From an uncultured Candidatus Saccharibacteria bacterium (lineage in GTDB: Bacteria; Patescibacteriota; Minisyncoccia; Minisyncoccales; GWA2-38-27), in assembly GCA_964394985.1 (NCBI GenBank), contig CAYMZK010000004.1, forward strand, positions 12,746 to 76,745: 64,000 nt of DNA. Reading direction: 5' to 3'. Shown here in pieces: positions 25,468-34,911 of the stretch (within the stretch, counting starts at the first letter, position 1; the number at the start of each line of letters is the position of its first letter). A model generated the notes under the pieces. It did not search any database and had not been told where the DNA came from. It saw only the letters and a program-made list of their open reading frames with translations. A program made the position numbers and the translations under genes.

Positions 25468-26081
25468 CAGTTTACAATCAAAATAAAGAAGAGATTAAAA
25501 AGATTGAATTGCCTAAAGATGTTTTTGGCGTAGATTTGAACCTAAATTTAATTCATCAAGTAGTTTTAAGTCAACAATCAAATAGAAGACAAGGAACTGC
25601 TCAAGCTAAAATGAGAGGAGAAGTTAGAGGGGGTGGAAGAAAACCTTGGCGTCAAAAAGGAACTGGAAGAGCTAGGCATGGATCTAATCGTTCTCCGATC
25701 TGGATTGGTGGAGGAGTTACTTTTGGCCCTAGAGCTGATCGAAATTACAAAAAAAGAATTCCAGCTAAAATGAGAAGAAAAGCTTTATTAATGGCTCTTT
25801 CTTCTAAGGCTAAGGATGGATCAATTATTATTATTGATAAATTAGATTTTAATAAACCAAGCACTAAAGAAATGAGTAATGTTTTAAATAAGTTTTTTAA
25901 AGGTTCTGGCTTATTAGTGCTATCTAAAATGAATAAAAGTTTAATTCTTTCAGTTAGAAATATACCAAAGAAAAATTCTATTCAAGCAACAGACTTAAAT
26001 GTTTTAGACTTATTAAATCATAAATATTTAGTTGTTTCCCCGGCGGGAATTAAAAAGATTAAAGAAACATTTGTAAAATAG
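25458..26081 (+). CDS. rplD: 50S ribosomal protein L4
   Basis: RRQGTAQAKMRGEVRGGGRKPWRQKGTGRARHGS. Confidence 0.96.
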   Translation: MQVTVYNQNKEEIKKIELPKDVFGVDLNLNLIHQVVLSQQSNRRQGTAQAKMRGEVRGGGRKPWRQKGTGRARHGSNRSPIWIGGGVTFGPRADRNYKKRIPAKMRRKALLMALSSKAKDGSIIIIDKLDFNKPSTKEMSNVLNKFFKGSGLLVLSKMNKSLILSVRNIPKKNSIQATDLNVLDLLNHKYLVVSPAGIKKIKETFVK

Positions 26082-26082
26082 C

Positions 26083-26463
26083 ATGGCTTTAAAGAATATA
26101 TTTAAACATAAAAAAGAGGAGCCAAAGAAAGAGATTAAGAAAGAGATTAAGAAAGAAGTGGTTAAAAAACCAAGTAGTTCCAAGTTGGCTTATAAGGTTA
26201 TTGAAGCGCCACATATTACCGAAAAAGCTACTGTTTTAGCTGAAAGTAATAAGTATGTTTTTAAAGTTTTTCCTAGAACAAATAAAGTAGAAATTAAAAA
26301 AGCGATTGAAGATCTTTATGGAGTAGAGGTAATTGGCGTAAATATTATCAAAGTACCAAGAAAGAGAAAAAGAATCGGTCGAACCAGAGGTTTTAAAAAG
26401 GGCTACAAAAAAGCTGTAATTGAAATTAAAAAAGGGCAAAAAATAGAAATAACAGCAAGATAA
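26083..26463 (+). CDS. rplW: 50S ribosomal protein L23 (Lys-rich N-terminal extension)
   Basis: PHITEKA...KYVFKV...[17 protein letters not shown]. Operon position. Confidence 0.93.
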   Translation: MALKNIFKHKKEEPKKEIKKEIKKEVVKKPSSSKLAYKVIEAPHITEKATVLAESNKYVFKVFPRTNKVEIKKAIEDLYGVEVIGVNIIKVPRKRKRIGRTRGFKKGYKKAVIEIKKGQKIEITAR

Positions 26464-26464
26464 T

Positions 26465-27262
26465 ATGAGAAGAAAAAAGGTATCAGCAAAAAAGATATTA
26501 AGCAAAAAAGAACCTGAAAAAGGACTGCTTTTGACCTTAAAATCTAGAGCCGGTAGAGGAAATTCTGGAAAAATTACTGTTCGTCATAAGGGAGGGGGAG
26601 TTAAAAAAAGATATCGAGTAGTAGATTTTAATCAAAAAAGAAAAGATATGAAAGCTAAGGTTGTTGCTTTAGAGTATGATCCTTATAGAACTGCCTTTTT
26701 GATGCTTTTAGAATATGAAGATAAAAGCAAAAGATATCGAATTGCGCCAGATGGAATTAAAGTTGGTGATACAGTTATTTGTTCTCCAAAAGCAGAAATT
26801 AAAGATGGTAATCGAACTTTAGTAGGCAATATTCCAGTAGGAACCTTAATCTATAATATTGAACTAATTCCAGAGCATGGTGGTAAAATCGTTAGATCAG
26901 CTGGAAGCTCAGCCAAGGTTTTAGCTAATGAAGGAAAATACACTAACTTAGAAATGCCGTCAGGAGAGATCAGGAGAGTTTCTCAGAAATGTTATGCTAC
27001 TATTGGAACAGTTTCTTATCCAGAATGGAGATATGTTAATATCAAAAAAGCAGGAAGCAAGAGATTAAAAGGAGTTAGGCCAAAAGTTAGAGGAAGTGCT
27101 ATGAATCCAGTTGATCATCCTCATGGAGGGGGAGAAGGAAGAACAGGAATTGGACTAAAGCATCCAAAAACCCCCTGGGGAAAACCTGCTCTAGGAGTTA
27201 AAACTAGAAAAAGAAAGAAATGGACAAATAAATTAATCGTTAAAAGAAGAAAGAAGAAGTAA
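26465..27262 (+). CDS. rplB: 50S ribosomal protein L2
   Basis: [16 protein letters not shown]...[19 protein letters not shown]. Confidence 0.97.
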   Translation: MRRKKVSAKKILSKKEPEKGLLLTLKSRAGRGNSGKITVRHKGGGVKKRYRVVDFNQKRKDMKAKVVALEYDPYRTAFLMLLEYEDKSKRYRIAPDGIKVGDTVICSPKAEIKDGNRTLVGNIPVGTLIYNIELIPEHGGKIVRSAGSSAKVLANEGKYTNLEMPSGEIRRVSQKCYATIGTVSYPEWRYVNIKKAGSKRLKGVRPKVRGSAMNPVDHPHGGGEGRTGIGLKHPKTPWGKPALGVKTRKRKKWTNKLIVKRRKKK

Positions 27263-27264
27263 TT

Positions 27265-27540
27265 ATGTCAAGAAGCATTAAAAAAGGTCCATACGTAGAT
27301 GAAAGATTATTAAAGAAAGTTGAGAAGTCTGATCAAAATCAAGTAATTAAAACTTGGTCTAGATCAGCTACTGTTGTTCCAGAAATGATTGGATATACTT
27401 TTGGAATTCATAATGGAAAAGAACATATTCCAGTAAAAATAACAGAAGAAATGGTTGGTCATAAATTAGGTGAATTTTCTCCGACCACTAAATTTTCAAG
27501 GCATGGAGGTAAAATGCAAAGAGAATTAGAAAAGAAATAA
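27265..27540 (+). CDS. rpsS: 30S ribosomal protein S19
   Basis: [11 protein letters not shown]...TWSR...[10 protein letters not shown]. Confidence 0.97.
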   Translation: MSRSIKKGPYVDERLLKKVEKSDQNQVIKTWSRSATVVPEMIGYTFGIHNGKEHIPVKITEEMVGHKLGEFSPTTKFSRHGGKMQRELEKK

Positions 27541-27541
27541 T

Positions 27542-28024
27542 ATGAAAGTTCAAAGTCAGTTAAAATATTTAAGAATTGCACCAAGAAAGGTTAGATTAAT
27601 GGCCGATATGATTAGAGGGAAAAAAGTTGAGGAAGCTCAAACAGCTTTAAGCTTTACTGTTAAAAAGTCATCTGAGCCATTATTAAAACTTTTAAATACT
27701 GCTATTTCTGACGCAAAGAATAATTTTCAGTTAGACCCAAGTAATTTAATTATTTCTGAGATAAGGGTTGATGGCGGTCCAATATTAAAAAGATGGAGAG
27801 CTAGATCAAGAGGGATGGTGGCTCCGATCCAAAAGAAAACTTCCCATGTCACTGTAATTTTAAATGAAATAGAGGCTGGAAAAAGAATTAAAAAGAAAGA
27901 AGTTAAAAAAGAAGAAAAGGTAATTAAAGAAGAAAAACCCAAAACCAAAAGACCGGTAATTGAAACACCAAAGCCAAAATCATCTAAGGGATTAAAAAAG
28001 ATATTTAGAAGAAAATCCATATAA
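27542..28024 (+). CDS. rplV: 50S ribosomal protein L22 (Lys/Glu-rich C-terminal extension)
   Basis: LRIAPRKVRLMADMIRGKKVEEA...RWRARSRGMVAPIQKKTSH. Confidence 0.95.
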   Translation: MKVQSQLKYLRIAPRKVRLMADMIRGKKVEEAQTALSFTVKKSSEPLLKLLNTAISDAKNNFQLDPSNLIISEIRVDGGPILKRWRARSRGMVAPIQKKTSHVTVILNEIEAGKRIKKKEVKKEEKVIKEEKPKTKRPVIETPKPKSSKGLKKIFRRKSI

Positions 28025-28137
28025 AATGCCAATCTACAAATGATACGCAAATACTACGAATTTTCAGGAAAATTATTAATTATTTAAATTATTCGTATCA
28101 TTTGCATAAATTCGCATTAAATTAGCATTATAACACT
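28025..28137 (+). repeat. type A ~110-nt hairpin element, copy 1 (between rplV and rpsC)
   Basis: Near-identical to 31923-32039, with 4 substitutions. 11-bp stem CAAATGATACG (28037-28047) / CGTATCATTTG (28094-28104). Phased GCATWA triplet near the 3' end. Confidence 0.9.
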
Positions 28138-28782
28138 ATGTCACATAAAGTACACCCAAAAGCTTATAGAATTAAAGGATTAAGTGATTGGCAGTCACGG
28201 GGTTTTTATAATAATCCAGCTATTCAACTAGAAGAAGATTATAAAATAAGAGAATATTTAACTAGAAAATTAAAGAGTCTTGGCGTTGAAAAAATAGAGA
28301 TTGAAAGATATACCAACAAAATGAATATTATTATCTTTAGCTCTAGACCAGGATTAATTATTGGAAGAGGGGGTGAAGGAGTCGAAAAACTTAAACAAGA
28401 ACTAGAGAATAAGATTATTAGACCAACAAAAAGGAAGTTTGAATTAAGGTTAGAAATTAGAGAAATTAAAGATCCGTGGACTTCTGCTAGTTTAAGTGCT
28501 CAGTCTATTGCTCAGCAAATTGAAAAAAGAATGCCTTATCGAAGAGTGTTAAAGCAAGCCTTAAGTAAAATAATGACCCACAAAGAAATTAAAGGAGCTA
28601 GAATCCAAGTTTCTGGAAGATTAAATGGAGTAGAGATCGCTAGAAGAGAGTGGGTTGGAAAAGGTCAGCTTCCCCGTCAAACAATTAGAGCGGATATTGA
28701 TTATTACCAGGTCAACGCAGTTTGTTCTTATGGAGTGATTGGAGTAAAAGTTTGGATATATAAAGGTGAAAAATTTGAATAA
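28138..28782 (+). CDS. rpsC: 30S ribosomal protein S3
   Basis: MSHKVHPKAYRI...GRGGEGVEKLK (KH domain)...GRLNGVEIAR. Confidence 0.96.
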   Translation: MSHKVHPKAYRIKGLSDWQSRGFYNNPAIQLEEDYKIREYLTRKLKSLGVEKIEIERYTNKMNIIIFSSRPGLIIGRGGEGVEKLKQELENKIIRPTKRKFELRLEIREIKDPWTSASLSAQSIAQQIEKRMPYRRVLKQALSKIMTHKEIKGARIQVSGRLNGVEIARREWVGKGQLPRQTIRADIDYYQVNAVCSYGVIGVKVWIYKGEKFE

Positions 28783-28785
28783 TTT

Positions 28786-29193
28786 ATGTTACAGCCAAAA
28801 AAAGTAAAACATAGAAAAAGATTTGTTGGAACTTCTAGAAAAGGTGTTGATCAAAGATCAAATACTGTTGATTTTGGTAGTTATGGACTAAAGGCTATGG
28901 GAGAAAAATGGATTACTTCTAGACAAATAGAATCAGCAAGAAGGGCAATTATTAGATATTTAAGAAAAGGGGGAAAGCTTTGGATTAGAATTTTTCCAGA
29001 TAAACCAGTTACTAGAAAAGGAACTGAAGTTCCAATGGGAGGTGGAAAGGGAGCAGTAGAGTTTTATGTTTTTCCAGTTAGGCCAGGTAGAATTCTCTTT
29101 GAATTAGAAGGTATTCCAGAAGAAATGGCTAGAGAAGCTTTTAGAAAAGCTGGTGATAAGTTGCCAATTAAAACTAAGTTTATAAAGAGATAA
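28786..29193 (+). CDS. rplP: 50S ribosomal protein L16
   Basis: [11 protein letters not shown]...[10 protein letters not shown]...PMGGGKG. Confidence 0.97.
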   Translation: MLQPKKVKHRKRFVGTSRKGVDQRSNTVDFGSYGLKAMGEKWITSRQIESARRAIIRYLRKGGKLWIRIFPDKPVTRKGTEVPMGGGKGAVEFYVFPVRPGRILFELEGIPEEMAREAFRKAGDKLPIKTKFIKR

Positions 29194-29351
29194 TGAAAGA
29201 ATCAATTAAACAATTAGAAGAAAAAAGAGAAAAGCTAAGAGAGCTTAGATTTGACTTATCAGCTGGAAAAATTAAGAATGTAAGAGAGATAAGAAAGATT
29301 AGAAAAGAAATTGCCAGAATATTAACTAAGCTAAATAATAAACATGCCTAA
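29193..29351 (+). CDS. rpmC: 50S ribosomal protein L29
   Basis: Not in the ORF track (52 aa). Translated by hand as [57 protein letters not shown] overlap with rplP and overlap with the rpsQ start. Confidence 0.85.
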   Translation: MKESIKQLEEKREKLRELRFDLSAGKIKNVREIRKIRKEIARILTKLNNKHA

Positions 29352-29571
29352 GAGAAGATTAAAAGGAATTATAATTTCTAATAAAATGCAGAATACTGTG
29401 GTTGTTAAGGTTGAAAGAATTAAAGAACATCCAAAGTATAAAAAAAGATATCGATTTCATAAAAACTATAAAGCTCATTATGATAAAGGAGATTATAAAA
29501 TAAATGATGAAGTGATAATTGAAGAAACAAAACCAATTAGTAAAGATAAAAAATGGATAATTATACAATAA
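29344..29571 (+). CDS. rpsQ: 30S ribosomal protein S17
   Basis: [29 protein letters not shown]...ISKDKKW. Confidence 0.95.
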   Translation: MPKRRLKGIIISNKMQNTVVVKVERIKEHPKYKKRYRFHKNYKAHYDKGDYKINDEVIIEETKPISKDKKWIIIQ

Positions 29572-29572
29572 T

Positions 29573-29944
29573 ATGATTCAACCAGAGACAGTTTTAAAAG
29601 TTGCAGATAATTCAGGAGCCAAGGTGATTAAGTGCATCAAGGTTTTAGGTGGATCTAAGAAAAGATATGCTCGAATCGGGGATATTGTTGTTGCTAGCGT
29701 TAAGGTGGCTGAACCACGAAGACCAGTTAAAAAGCACGACGTGATTAAAGCAGTAATTGTTAGGCAGAAAAAAGAACTAAGAAGGCCTGATGGATCATAT
29801 ATTAGATTTGATGATAACGCGGCTATTATTCTTGAATCTTCTGGAAACAATCCAAGAGGGGGGAGAATTTTTGGTCCAATTGCTAGAGAATTAAGAGAAA
29901 AAGGTTTTAGTAAAATTATTAATTTAGCTAATGACATTGTATGA
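29573..29944 (+). CDS. rplN: 50S ribosomal protein L14
   Basis: [17 protein letters not shown]...IRFDDNAAI...GPIAREL. Confidence 0.97.
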   Translation: MIQPETVLKVADNSGAKVIKCIKVLGGSKKRYARIGDIVVASVKVAEPRRPVKKHDVIKAVIVRQKKELRRPDGSYIRFDDNAAIILESSGNNPRGGRIFGPIARELREKGFSKIINLANDIV

Positions 29945-30246
29945 AGATTAAGAAAGGTGACCAAGTTTTAATAATATCAGGAAAAGATAAAGGTAAGAAA
30001 GGTAAGGTTATTGAAGCTCTTCCAAAAGAAGATAGAATTATAGTTGAGAATGTTAATTTAAAGAAAAAGCATGTTAGGCCCAAGAAGTCTGGAGAAAAAG
30101 GACAAATGGTTGAACTGGCTATGCCCTTTGATGTTTCTAATGTAAAAGTAGTTTGCTCTAAGTGTAGCAAAGCTAGTCGGGTGGGGTACAAAAAGGAAGG
30201 TGATAAAAAACATAGAATTTGTAAAAAATGTAATCAAGTAATATGA
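29941..30246 (+). CDS. rplX: 50S ribosomal protein L24 (C-terminal CxxC...CxxC)
   Basis: [22 protein letters not shown] (KOW). C-terminus has CSKC...CKKC. Confidence 0.95.
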   Translation: MKIKKGDQVLIISGKDKGKKGKVIEALPKEDRIIVENVNLKKKHVRPKKSGEKGQMVELAMPFDVSNVKVVCSKCSKASRVGYKKEGDKKHRICKKCNQVI

Positions 30247-30791
30247 TTGAAATTAAAGAAAATTACAAGCAAATAATCCCAGAATTAAAAGAGAAGTATC
30301 AGAATATAATGGCTATTCCTCGTATAAAGAAGGTGGTTGTTAATACTGGACTGGGAAAAATGGTGGCTACAGCTACTTCAGATGAAAAGAAAAAGACTCT
30401 TGAAGCGGTGATAAACGATCTTAGCGCTATTTGCGGTCAAAAGGTGGTTTTAACTAAAGCTAAAAAATCTATTGCTGGCTTTAAGTTAAGAGAAGGAATG
30501 CCTGTCGGAGCGAAAGTTACCTTAAGGGGCCCTATAATGTATGACTTTTTAAGCAGATTAATTAACATTGCTCTTCCAAGGTCTAGAGACTTTCAAGGAA
30601 TTAGTTTAAATTCTTTTGACAATCAAGGGAATTTAACTATTTCTATTAAAGAACAGATTATTTTTCCAGAAATTTCTCCAGAAAAAGCTAAAAAAATATT
30701 TGGATTTGAAATTACAGTTGTTACCAGTGCTAAAAGAAAAGAAGAAGGACTAGAGCTATTTAGATTATTAAAGTTTCCATTAAAAAAATAA
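30243..30791 (+). CDS. rplE: 50S ribosomal protein L5
   Basis: [14 protein letters not shown]...[18 protein letters not shown]...RDFQG. Confidence 0.96.
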   Translation: MIEIKENYKQIIPELKEKYQNIMAIPRIKKVVVNTGLGKMVATATSDEKKKTLEAVINDLSAICGQKVVLTKAKKSIAGFKLREGMPVGAKVTLRGPIMYDFLSRLINIALPRSRDFQGISLNSFDNQGNLTISIKEQIIFPEISPEKAKKIFGFEITVVTSAKRKEEGLELFRLLKFPLKK

Positions 30792-30796
30792 TTATT

Positions 30797-30982
30797 ATGG
30801 CCAAGAAATCAGATATTGCAAAAGCAAATAAAAAACCAAAGTATAGTTCTAGAAAAGAGAATCGTTGTTTCAAGTGTGGTCGAAGACACGGATATATTAG
30901 AAACTTTGGCTTATGTCGAGTTTGTTTTAGAGAGATGGCTAATAAAGGTGAAATTCCTGGAGTTAAAAAATCATCTTGGTAA
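30797..30982 (+). CDS. rpsN: 30S ribosomal protein S14 type Z (zinc-binding, 61 aa)
   Basis: [23 protein letters not shown]. Confidence 0.96.
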   Translation: MAKKSDIAKANKKPKYSSRKENRCFKCGRRHGYIRNFGLCRVCFREMANKGEIPGVKKSSW

Positions 30983-30988
30983 AAAAAT

Positions 30989-31369
30989 ATGACAGATCCA
31001 ATTACAGACATGTTAAATAGAATAAGAAATGCCCAAGCTGTTTCACGCAAAACAGTAGAGGTTCCTTTTTCAAAAATTAAGTTTGAGATTGCTAAAATAT
31101 TAGAACAGCAAGGTTTTGTTAACTCTGTTGTCAAAAAAGGCAGAGTTCCTAGTAAGATAGTTGAAATTAGCTTAAAATATCCTTCAACTATTTTAGGGCT
31201 TAAGAGAGTTTCTAGGCCAGGACAAAGAATTTATTCTGGCTTTAAAACTATTAAAAGTTCTAAAGGTAAATATGGTTTAGTAATTATTTCTACCCCGAAG
31301 GGGTTAATGACTGACAGAGATGCTAGGAAAAATAAAATTGGAGGAGAAATAATTTGTGAAATTTGGTAA
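30989..31369 (+). CDS. rpsH: 30S ribosomal protein S8
   Basis: MTDPITDMLNRIRNA...ISTPKGLMTDRDARKNKIGGEIICEIW. Confidence 0.97.
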   Translation: MTDPITDMLNRIRNAQAVSRKTVEVPFSKIKFEIAKILEQQGFVNSVVKKGRVPSKIVEISLKYPSTILGLKRVSRPGQRIYSGFKTIKSSKGKYGLVIISTPKGLMTDRDARKNKIGGEIICEIW

Positions 31370-31376
31370 TAATATT

Positions 31377-31922
31377 ATGTCAAGAATAGGTAAAAAAGAA
31401 ATTTTAATACCGAAAGAAGTAACTGTTGAAATAACAGATAATAATAAGGTTTCGGTAAAAGGACCCAAGGGCGAATTAGAAAGATACATTCGACCGGAAA
31501 TTAAGATTGAAAAAAAAGATGATCAGATTGCTGTTCAACCTTACAAGGAAACCAAGCGAACTAAGTCCTTTTGGGGTTTGAGCCGAACTATAATCGCTAA
31601 TATGATTAAGGGCGTAACTGAAGGATATGAAAAGAAATTAGAAATTAATGGCGTTGGTTATCGAGCCAATTTAGAGGGAGAGAACCTAGTATTGTTGGTA
31701 GGTTTTTCTCATCCAGTAAAGATAGAAAAAGTAGAAGGAATTAAGTTTGAAGTAGAAAAAAATATTGTTACTGTTTCCGGAATAGACAAAGAATTAGTTG
31801 GTCAAGTTGCTGCTAAAATTAGAAAAGTTCGTCCACCAGAGCCATATAAAGGAAAGGGTATTAGATATGTGGGTGAATATGTAAGAAGAAAATCAGGTAA
31901 AAAGGCCGTAGGCGCTGAGTAG
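31377..31922 (+). CDS. rplF: 50S ribosomal protein L6
   Basis: MSRIGKKEILIP...VKGPKGEL...GVGYRA...PEPYKGKGIRY. ATG at 31377 is preferred. Confidence 0.95.
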   Translation: MSRIGKKEILIPKEVTVEITDNNKVSVKGPKGELERYIRPEIKIEKKDDQIAVQPYKETKRTKSFWGLSRTIIANMIKGVTEGYEKKLEINGVGYRANLEGENLVLLVGFSHPVKIEKVEGIKFEVEKNIVTVSGIDKELVGQVAAKIRKVRPPEPYKGKGIRYVGEYVRRKSGKKAVGAE

Positions 31923-32039
31923 AAAAAATGCCAATCTACAAATGATACGCAAATACTACGAATTTTCAGGAAAATTATTAATTATTTAAATTATTCGCAT
32001 CATTTGCATAAATTCGCATTACATTTGCATTATAACAAT
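31923..32039 (+). repeat. type A ~110-nt hairpin element, copy 2 (between rplF and rplR)
   Basis: Near-identical to 28025-28137, in the same orientation and the same position relative to the downstream ATG. Confidence 0.9.
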
Positions 32040-32360
32040 ATGTTAGAGAAAAAAGTTAAAAAAAATAGAAGACATAGAAGGGTTAGAGCTAAAATTAAAG
32101 GAACAGCTGAGATTCCAAGGCTTTGTATTTTTAGATCTAATAGGTATATTTATGCTCAAGCTATAAACGACGATAATGGTCAAACTTTAATGAGTGCTAA
32201 AGGAGAATTAACTAAGGCTAAAGATGTTGGTCAAATTATCGCCAAAAAGGCTTTAGAGAAAAACATTAAGAAAATAGTCTTTGATCGAGCTGGATATAAA
32301 TATCATGGTCGAGTTAAAGATTTGGCTGAAGGAGCTCGTGAAGCTGGATTAAATTTTTAA
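32040..32360 (+). CDS. rplR: 50S ribosomal protein L18
   Basis: [31 protein letters not shown]...[27 protein letters not shown] at 32040 is preferred; the track start lies in the repeat. Confidence 0.95.
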   Translation: MLEKKVKKNRRHRRVRAKIKGTAEIPRLCIFRSNRYIYAQAINDDNGQTLMSAKGELTKAKDVGQIIAKKALEKNIKKIVFDRAGYKYHGRVKDLAEGAREAGLNF

Positions 32361-32365
32361 TAATT

Positions 32366-32836
32366 ATGAAAAAGAATTTTAAGAAAAAATCATTTGAGAA
32401 AAAAGACGAATTTGATTCCAAGCTTTTAGATTTAACTAGAGTAATGAGAATGACTGCTGGAGGAAGGCGTTTTAGATTTAGGGCTGGAGTAGTAGTTGGG
32501 AACAAAAAAGGAAAGATTGGTTTTGCTGTTGCTAAAGGAGCTGATGTTGCTCAAGCTATTGAAAAAGCAACTAGAATTGCTAAAAAAGATTTAGTAACCG
32601 TTCCGATGGCTAACGAAACCATTCCTCATCCAGTAGAAGCAAAGTTTGGAGCAGCTAGAGTAGTTTTAAAGCCTCAGAGAAAAGGAAGAGGTTTAGTGGC
32701 TGGAGGAACAGTGAGGGTGATTTGCTCAATGGCTGGAATTAGAAATATTTCTTCAAAAAAGCTAGGTAAAACATCAAATAAAGTTAATAATGCTAAGGCA
32801 ACTATTTCTGCCTTAAAGAAATTAAAAGCATCTTAA
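32366..32836 (+). CDS. rpsE: 30S ribosomal protein S5
   Basis: RVMRMTAGGRRFRFRAGVVVGNKKGKIGFAVAKG... Confidence 0.96.
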   Translation: MKKNFKKKSFEKKDEFDSKLLDLTRVMRMTAGGRRFRFRAGVVVGNKKGKIGFAVAKGADVAQAIEKATRIAKKDLVTVPMANETIPHPVEAKFGAARVVLKPQRKGRGLVAGGTVRVICSMAGIRNISSKKLGKTSNKVNNAKATISALKKLKAS

Positions 32837-32838
32837 TT

Positions 32839-33252
32839 ATGCAATTACACGAACTAAAATCTAAAAAATTAAAGACTCGAAAAAGAATTGGTCGTGGTGG
32901 TAAAAGAGGAACTTATTCTGGCAGAGGAATGAAGGGCCAGAAATCAAGAGCAGGAACTAGAAAGTTTGCTCCTGTTATTCGTGGTTTGATTAAAAAATAT
33001 CCTAAACTAAGAGGTTATCGAAATCAAAAAAAAGAACTTCCTTATTTTGTAGTTAATCTTGGTGATTTAGATAAAGCTTACAATGATTCAGAGATAGTTA
33101 ATCCTAAAACCTTGATTGAAAAGGGATTAGTGACTAAAATGAAAGGAAGGTTGCCTAAGATAAAGATTTTAGGAAACGGAAAATTAACTAAAAAAGTAAA
33201 AATAGAAGACTGTAAGCTATCTAAAAAAGCTCAAGAAAAATATGCTAAATAA
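32839..33252 (+). CDS. rplO: 50S ribosomal protein L15
   Basis: RIGRGGKRGTYSGRGMKGQKSRAG. Starts 3 nt after the rpsE stop, so no rpmD lies between. Confidence 0.95.
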   Translation: MQLHELKSKKLKTRKRIGRGGKRGTYSGRGMKGQKSRAGTRKFAPVIRGLIKKYPKLRGYRNQKKELPYFVVNLGDLDKAYNDSEIVNPKTLIEKGLVTKMKGRLPKIKILGNGKLTKKVKIEDCKLSKKAQEKYAK

Positions 33253-34534
33253 GTTAATTCAAATTTTTAAGATAAAAGATTTACGTAAAAAGATATTATT
33301 TATTCTTCTGATTTTTGTTATTTTCAGACTAATGGCTAATATACCGATGCCAGGAATTAACCCAGAGAACCTTCAGGAATTTTTTGCTCGATTTAAAATG
33401 TTAGGATTTTTAAGTGTTTTGACCGGAGGCGCTCTAAGTAGGTTTTCTATTATTATGCTTGGTATTGGACCATACATTACTGCTGTGATTATTTTACAAC
33501 TTTTGACAATGATTTTTCCGGCCTTAGAAAGAATGTATAAAGAAGAAGGAGAAGCAGGTAAAAAAAAGTTTAATCAATGGGGAAGATTATTGACCATTCC
33601 CATGGCTTTTTTGCAAGGATATGCAATGCTTGGCTGGCTTCAAAGACCGCCAACACCAGTTATTTCTCCACCATTGGAGTTTTTTGAAACTATCGCTGCT
33701 CTTTTAACTATTACCGCCGGAACAGTCTTTTTAATGTGGTTAGGAGAATTGATTACTGAAAAAGGAATTGGAAATGGTGTTTCTTTGTTGATTTTTGCTG
33801 GAATTGTAGCTTCCTTGCCAATGAATATTTTCCAGGCTTTTCAGGATGTTAGTGTTGACCCAAGTAAAATAACTAGTTATGTTTTATTCTTTGTTATTTC
33901 TCTAGTAATTATTGCCGGAGTAGTTTTGATAACTGAGGGAAGAAGAAATATTCCAATTTCTTATGCTAAAAGAGTAAGAGGGAATAAAATGTATGGAGGA
34001 GTTTCTACTTATCTGCCAATGAATGTCAATCCGGCTGGAGTTATCCCAATTATTTTTGCCATGTCCATTTTGTTGCTCCCAGAAATGGTAGCCAATTTTT
34101 TAGGTGGAGCTGGAGGATTTGTTGGTGGTGTCGCTCAAGCGGTGGCTAATTTTATGGTTAATCCGTGGGCTAGAGGAGGACTTTATTTTGTCTTTGTTAT
34201 CCTCTTTACTTATTTTTATACTGCTGTTACTTTTGATCCGAAAGCTATCTCTGAAAACTTGCAGAAGATGGGCGGTTTTATTCCAGGAATTAGACCGGGA
34301 GAATCTACCGCCAAATTTATCAAGTACATCTTAAACAGAGTCCTTCTTATTGGTGCTTTGTTTTTAGGATCAATTGCGGTTATGCCTTCTATTGTTGGCG
34401 GGCTTACCGGTGTTCAGAATGTTTTCGGATTCTTAGTTGGAGGAACTTCTGTTTTGATTGTTGTTTCCGTTGTTTTAGAAACAATGAAACAAATCAACGC
34501 TCAGCTCCAAATGAGAGAATACGACACTTTTTAA
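33242..34534 (+). CDS. secY: preprotein translocase SecY
   Basis: 10-TM protein with GINP...GPYITA...GELITEKGIGNG. Operon position. Confidence 0.96.
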   Translation: MLNKLIQIFKIKDLRKKILFILLIFVIFRLMANIPMPGINPENLQEFFARFKMLGFLSVLTGGALSRFSIIMLGIGPYITAVIILQLLTMIFPALERMYKEEGEAGKKKFNQWGRLLTIPMAFLQGYAMLGWLQRPPTPVISPPLEFFETIAALLTITAGTVFLMWLGELITEKGIGNGVSLLIFAGIVASLPMNIFQAFQDVSVDPSKITSYVLFFVISLVIIAGVVLITEGRRNIPISYAKRVRGNKMYGGVSTYLPMNVNPAGVIPIIFAMSILLLPEMVANFLGGAGGFVGGVAQAVANFMVNPWARGGLYFVFVILFTYFYTAVTFDPKAISENLQKMGGFIPGIRPGESTAKFIKYILNRVLLIGALFLGSIAVMPSIVGGLTGVQNVFGFLVGGTSVLIVVSVVLETMKQINAQLQMREYDTF

Positions 34535-34628
34535 GAAAAGAACATAAATCTTATCTTTTTTGGGTAGGGTCTGGTGGCTTCACTAGCTTTTAAGTATTAG
34601 TTATGTTATAATTAATGTATATAAAGTT

Positions 34629-34910
34629 ATGAAAAAAGTTTCGGTAAAACTACCAGTTTCAATTATTAAGGAAGGAGAAAGTTACATTGCCTACACTCCA
34701 GCTTTAGATTTGTCTACTTGTGCAAATAGTTATGAAAAAAGTAAAAAAAGATTTGGAGAAGCTGTAGCAATATTTTTTGAAGAAACTATGAAAAAGGGAA
34801 CGTTAGAAGATGCTCTAATTGATCTTGGTTGGAAAAAGGTAAAATCAAAATGGAGCCCTCCCGTTGTTGTTTCTCAAGAATTGCAAGAGGTTTGTGTGTC
34901 AGTAAAATAA
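34629..34910 (+). CDS. HicB-like (UPF0150-type) antitoxin candidate
   Basis: IKEGESYIAYTPALDLSTCANSYEKSKKRFGEAVAIFFEE fits the HicB N-domain pattern (xGxYxAxxPxLxxxxxxGxTxEEAxxxxxEAI). Confidence 0.5.
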   Translation: MKKVSVKLPVSIIKEGESYIAYTPALDLSTCANSYEKSKKRFGEAVAIFFEETMKKGTLEDALIDLGWKKVKSKWSPPVVVSQELQEVCVSVK

Positions 34911-34911
34911 T

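Noticed and set aside
28020-28133. TATAA target-site duplication flanking type A copy 1
   Set aside because: TATAA occurs on both sides of copy 1, but copy 2 has no matching left flank. The right-hand TATAACAnTATG is shared by both copies, so it belongs to the element, and the match is probably coincidental in AT-rich sequence.
27727-30191. Several antisense ORFs inside r-protein genes (27727-28050, 29359-29568, 29578-29964, 29928-30191 and others)
   Set aside because: They lie opposite highly conserved r-protein genes. Their Lys-codon-rich sense strands give open Phe/Leu/Ile-rich antisense frames.
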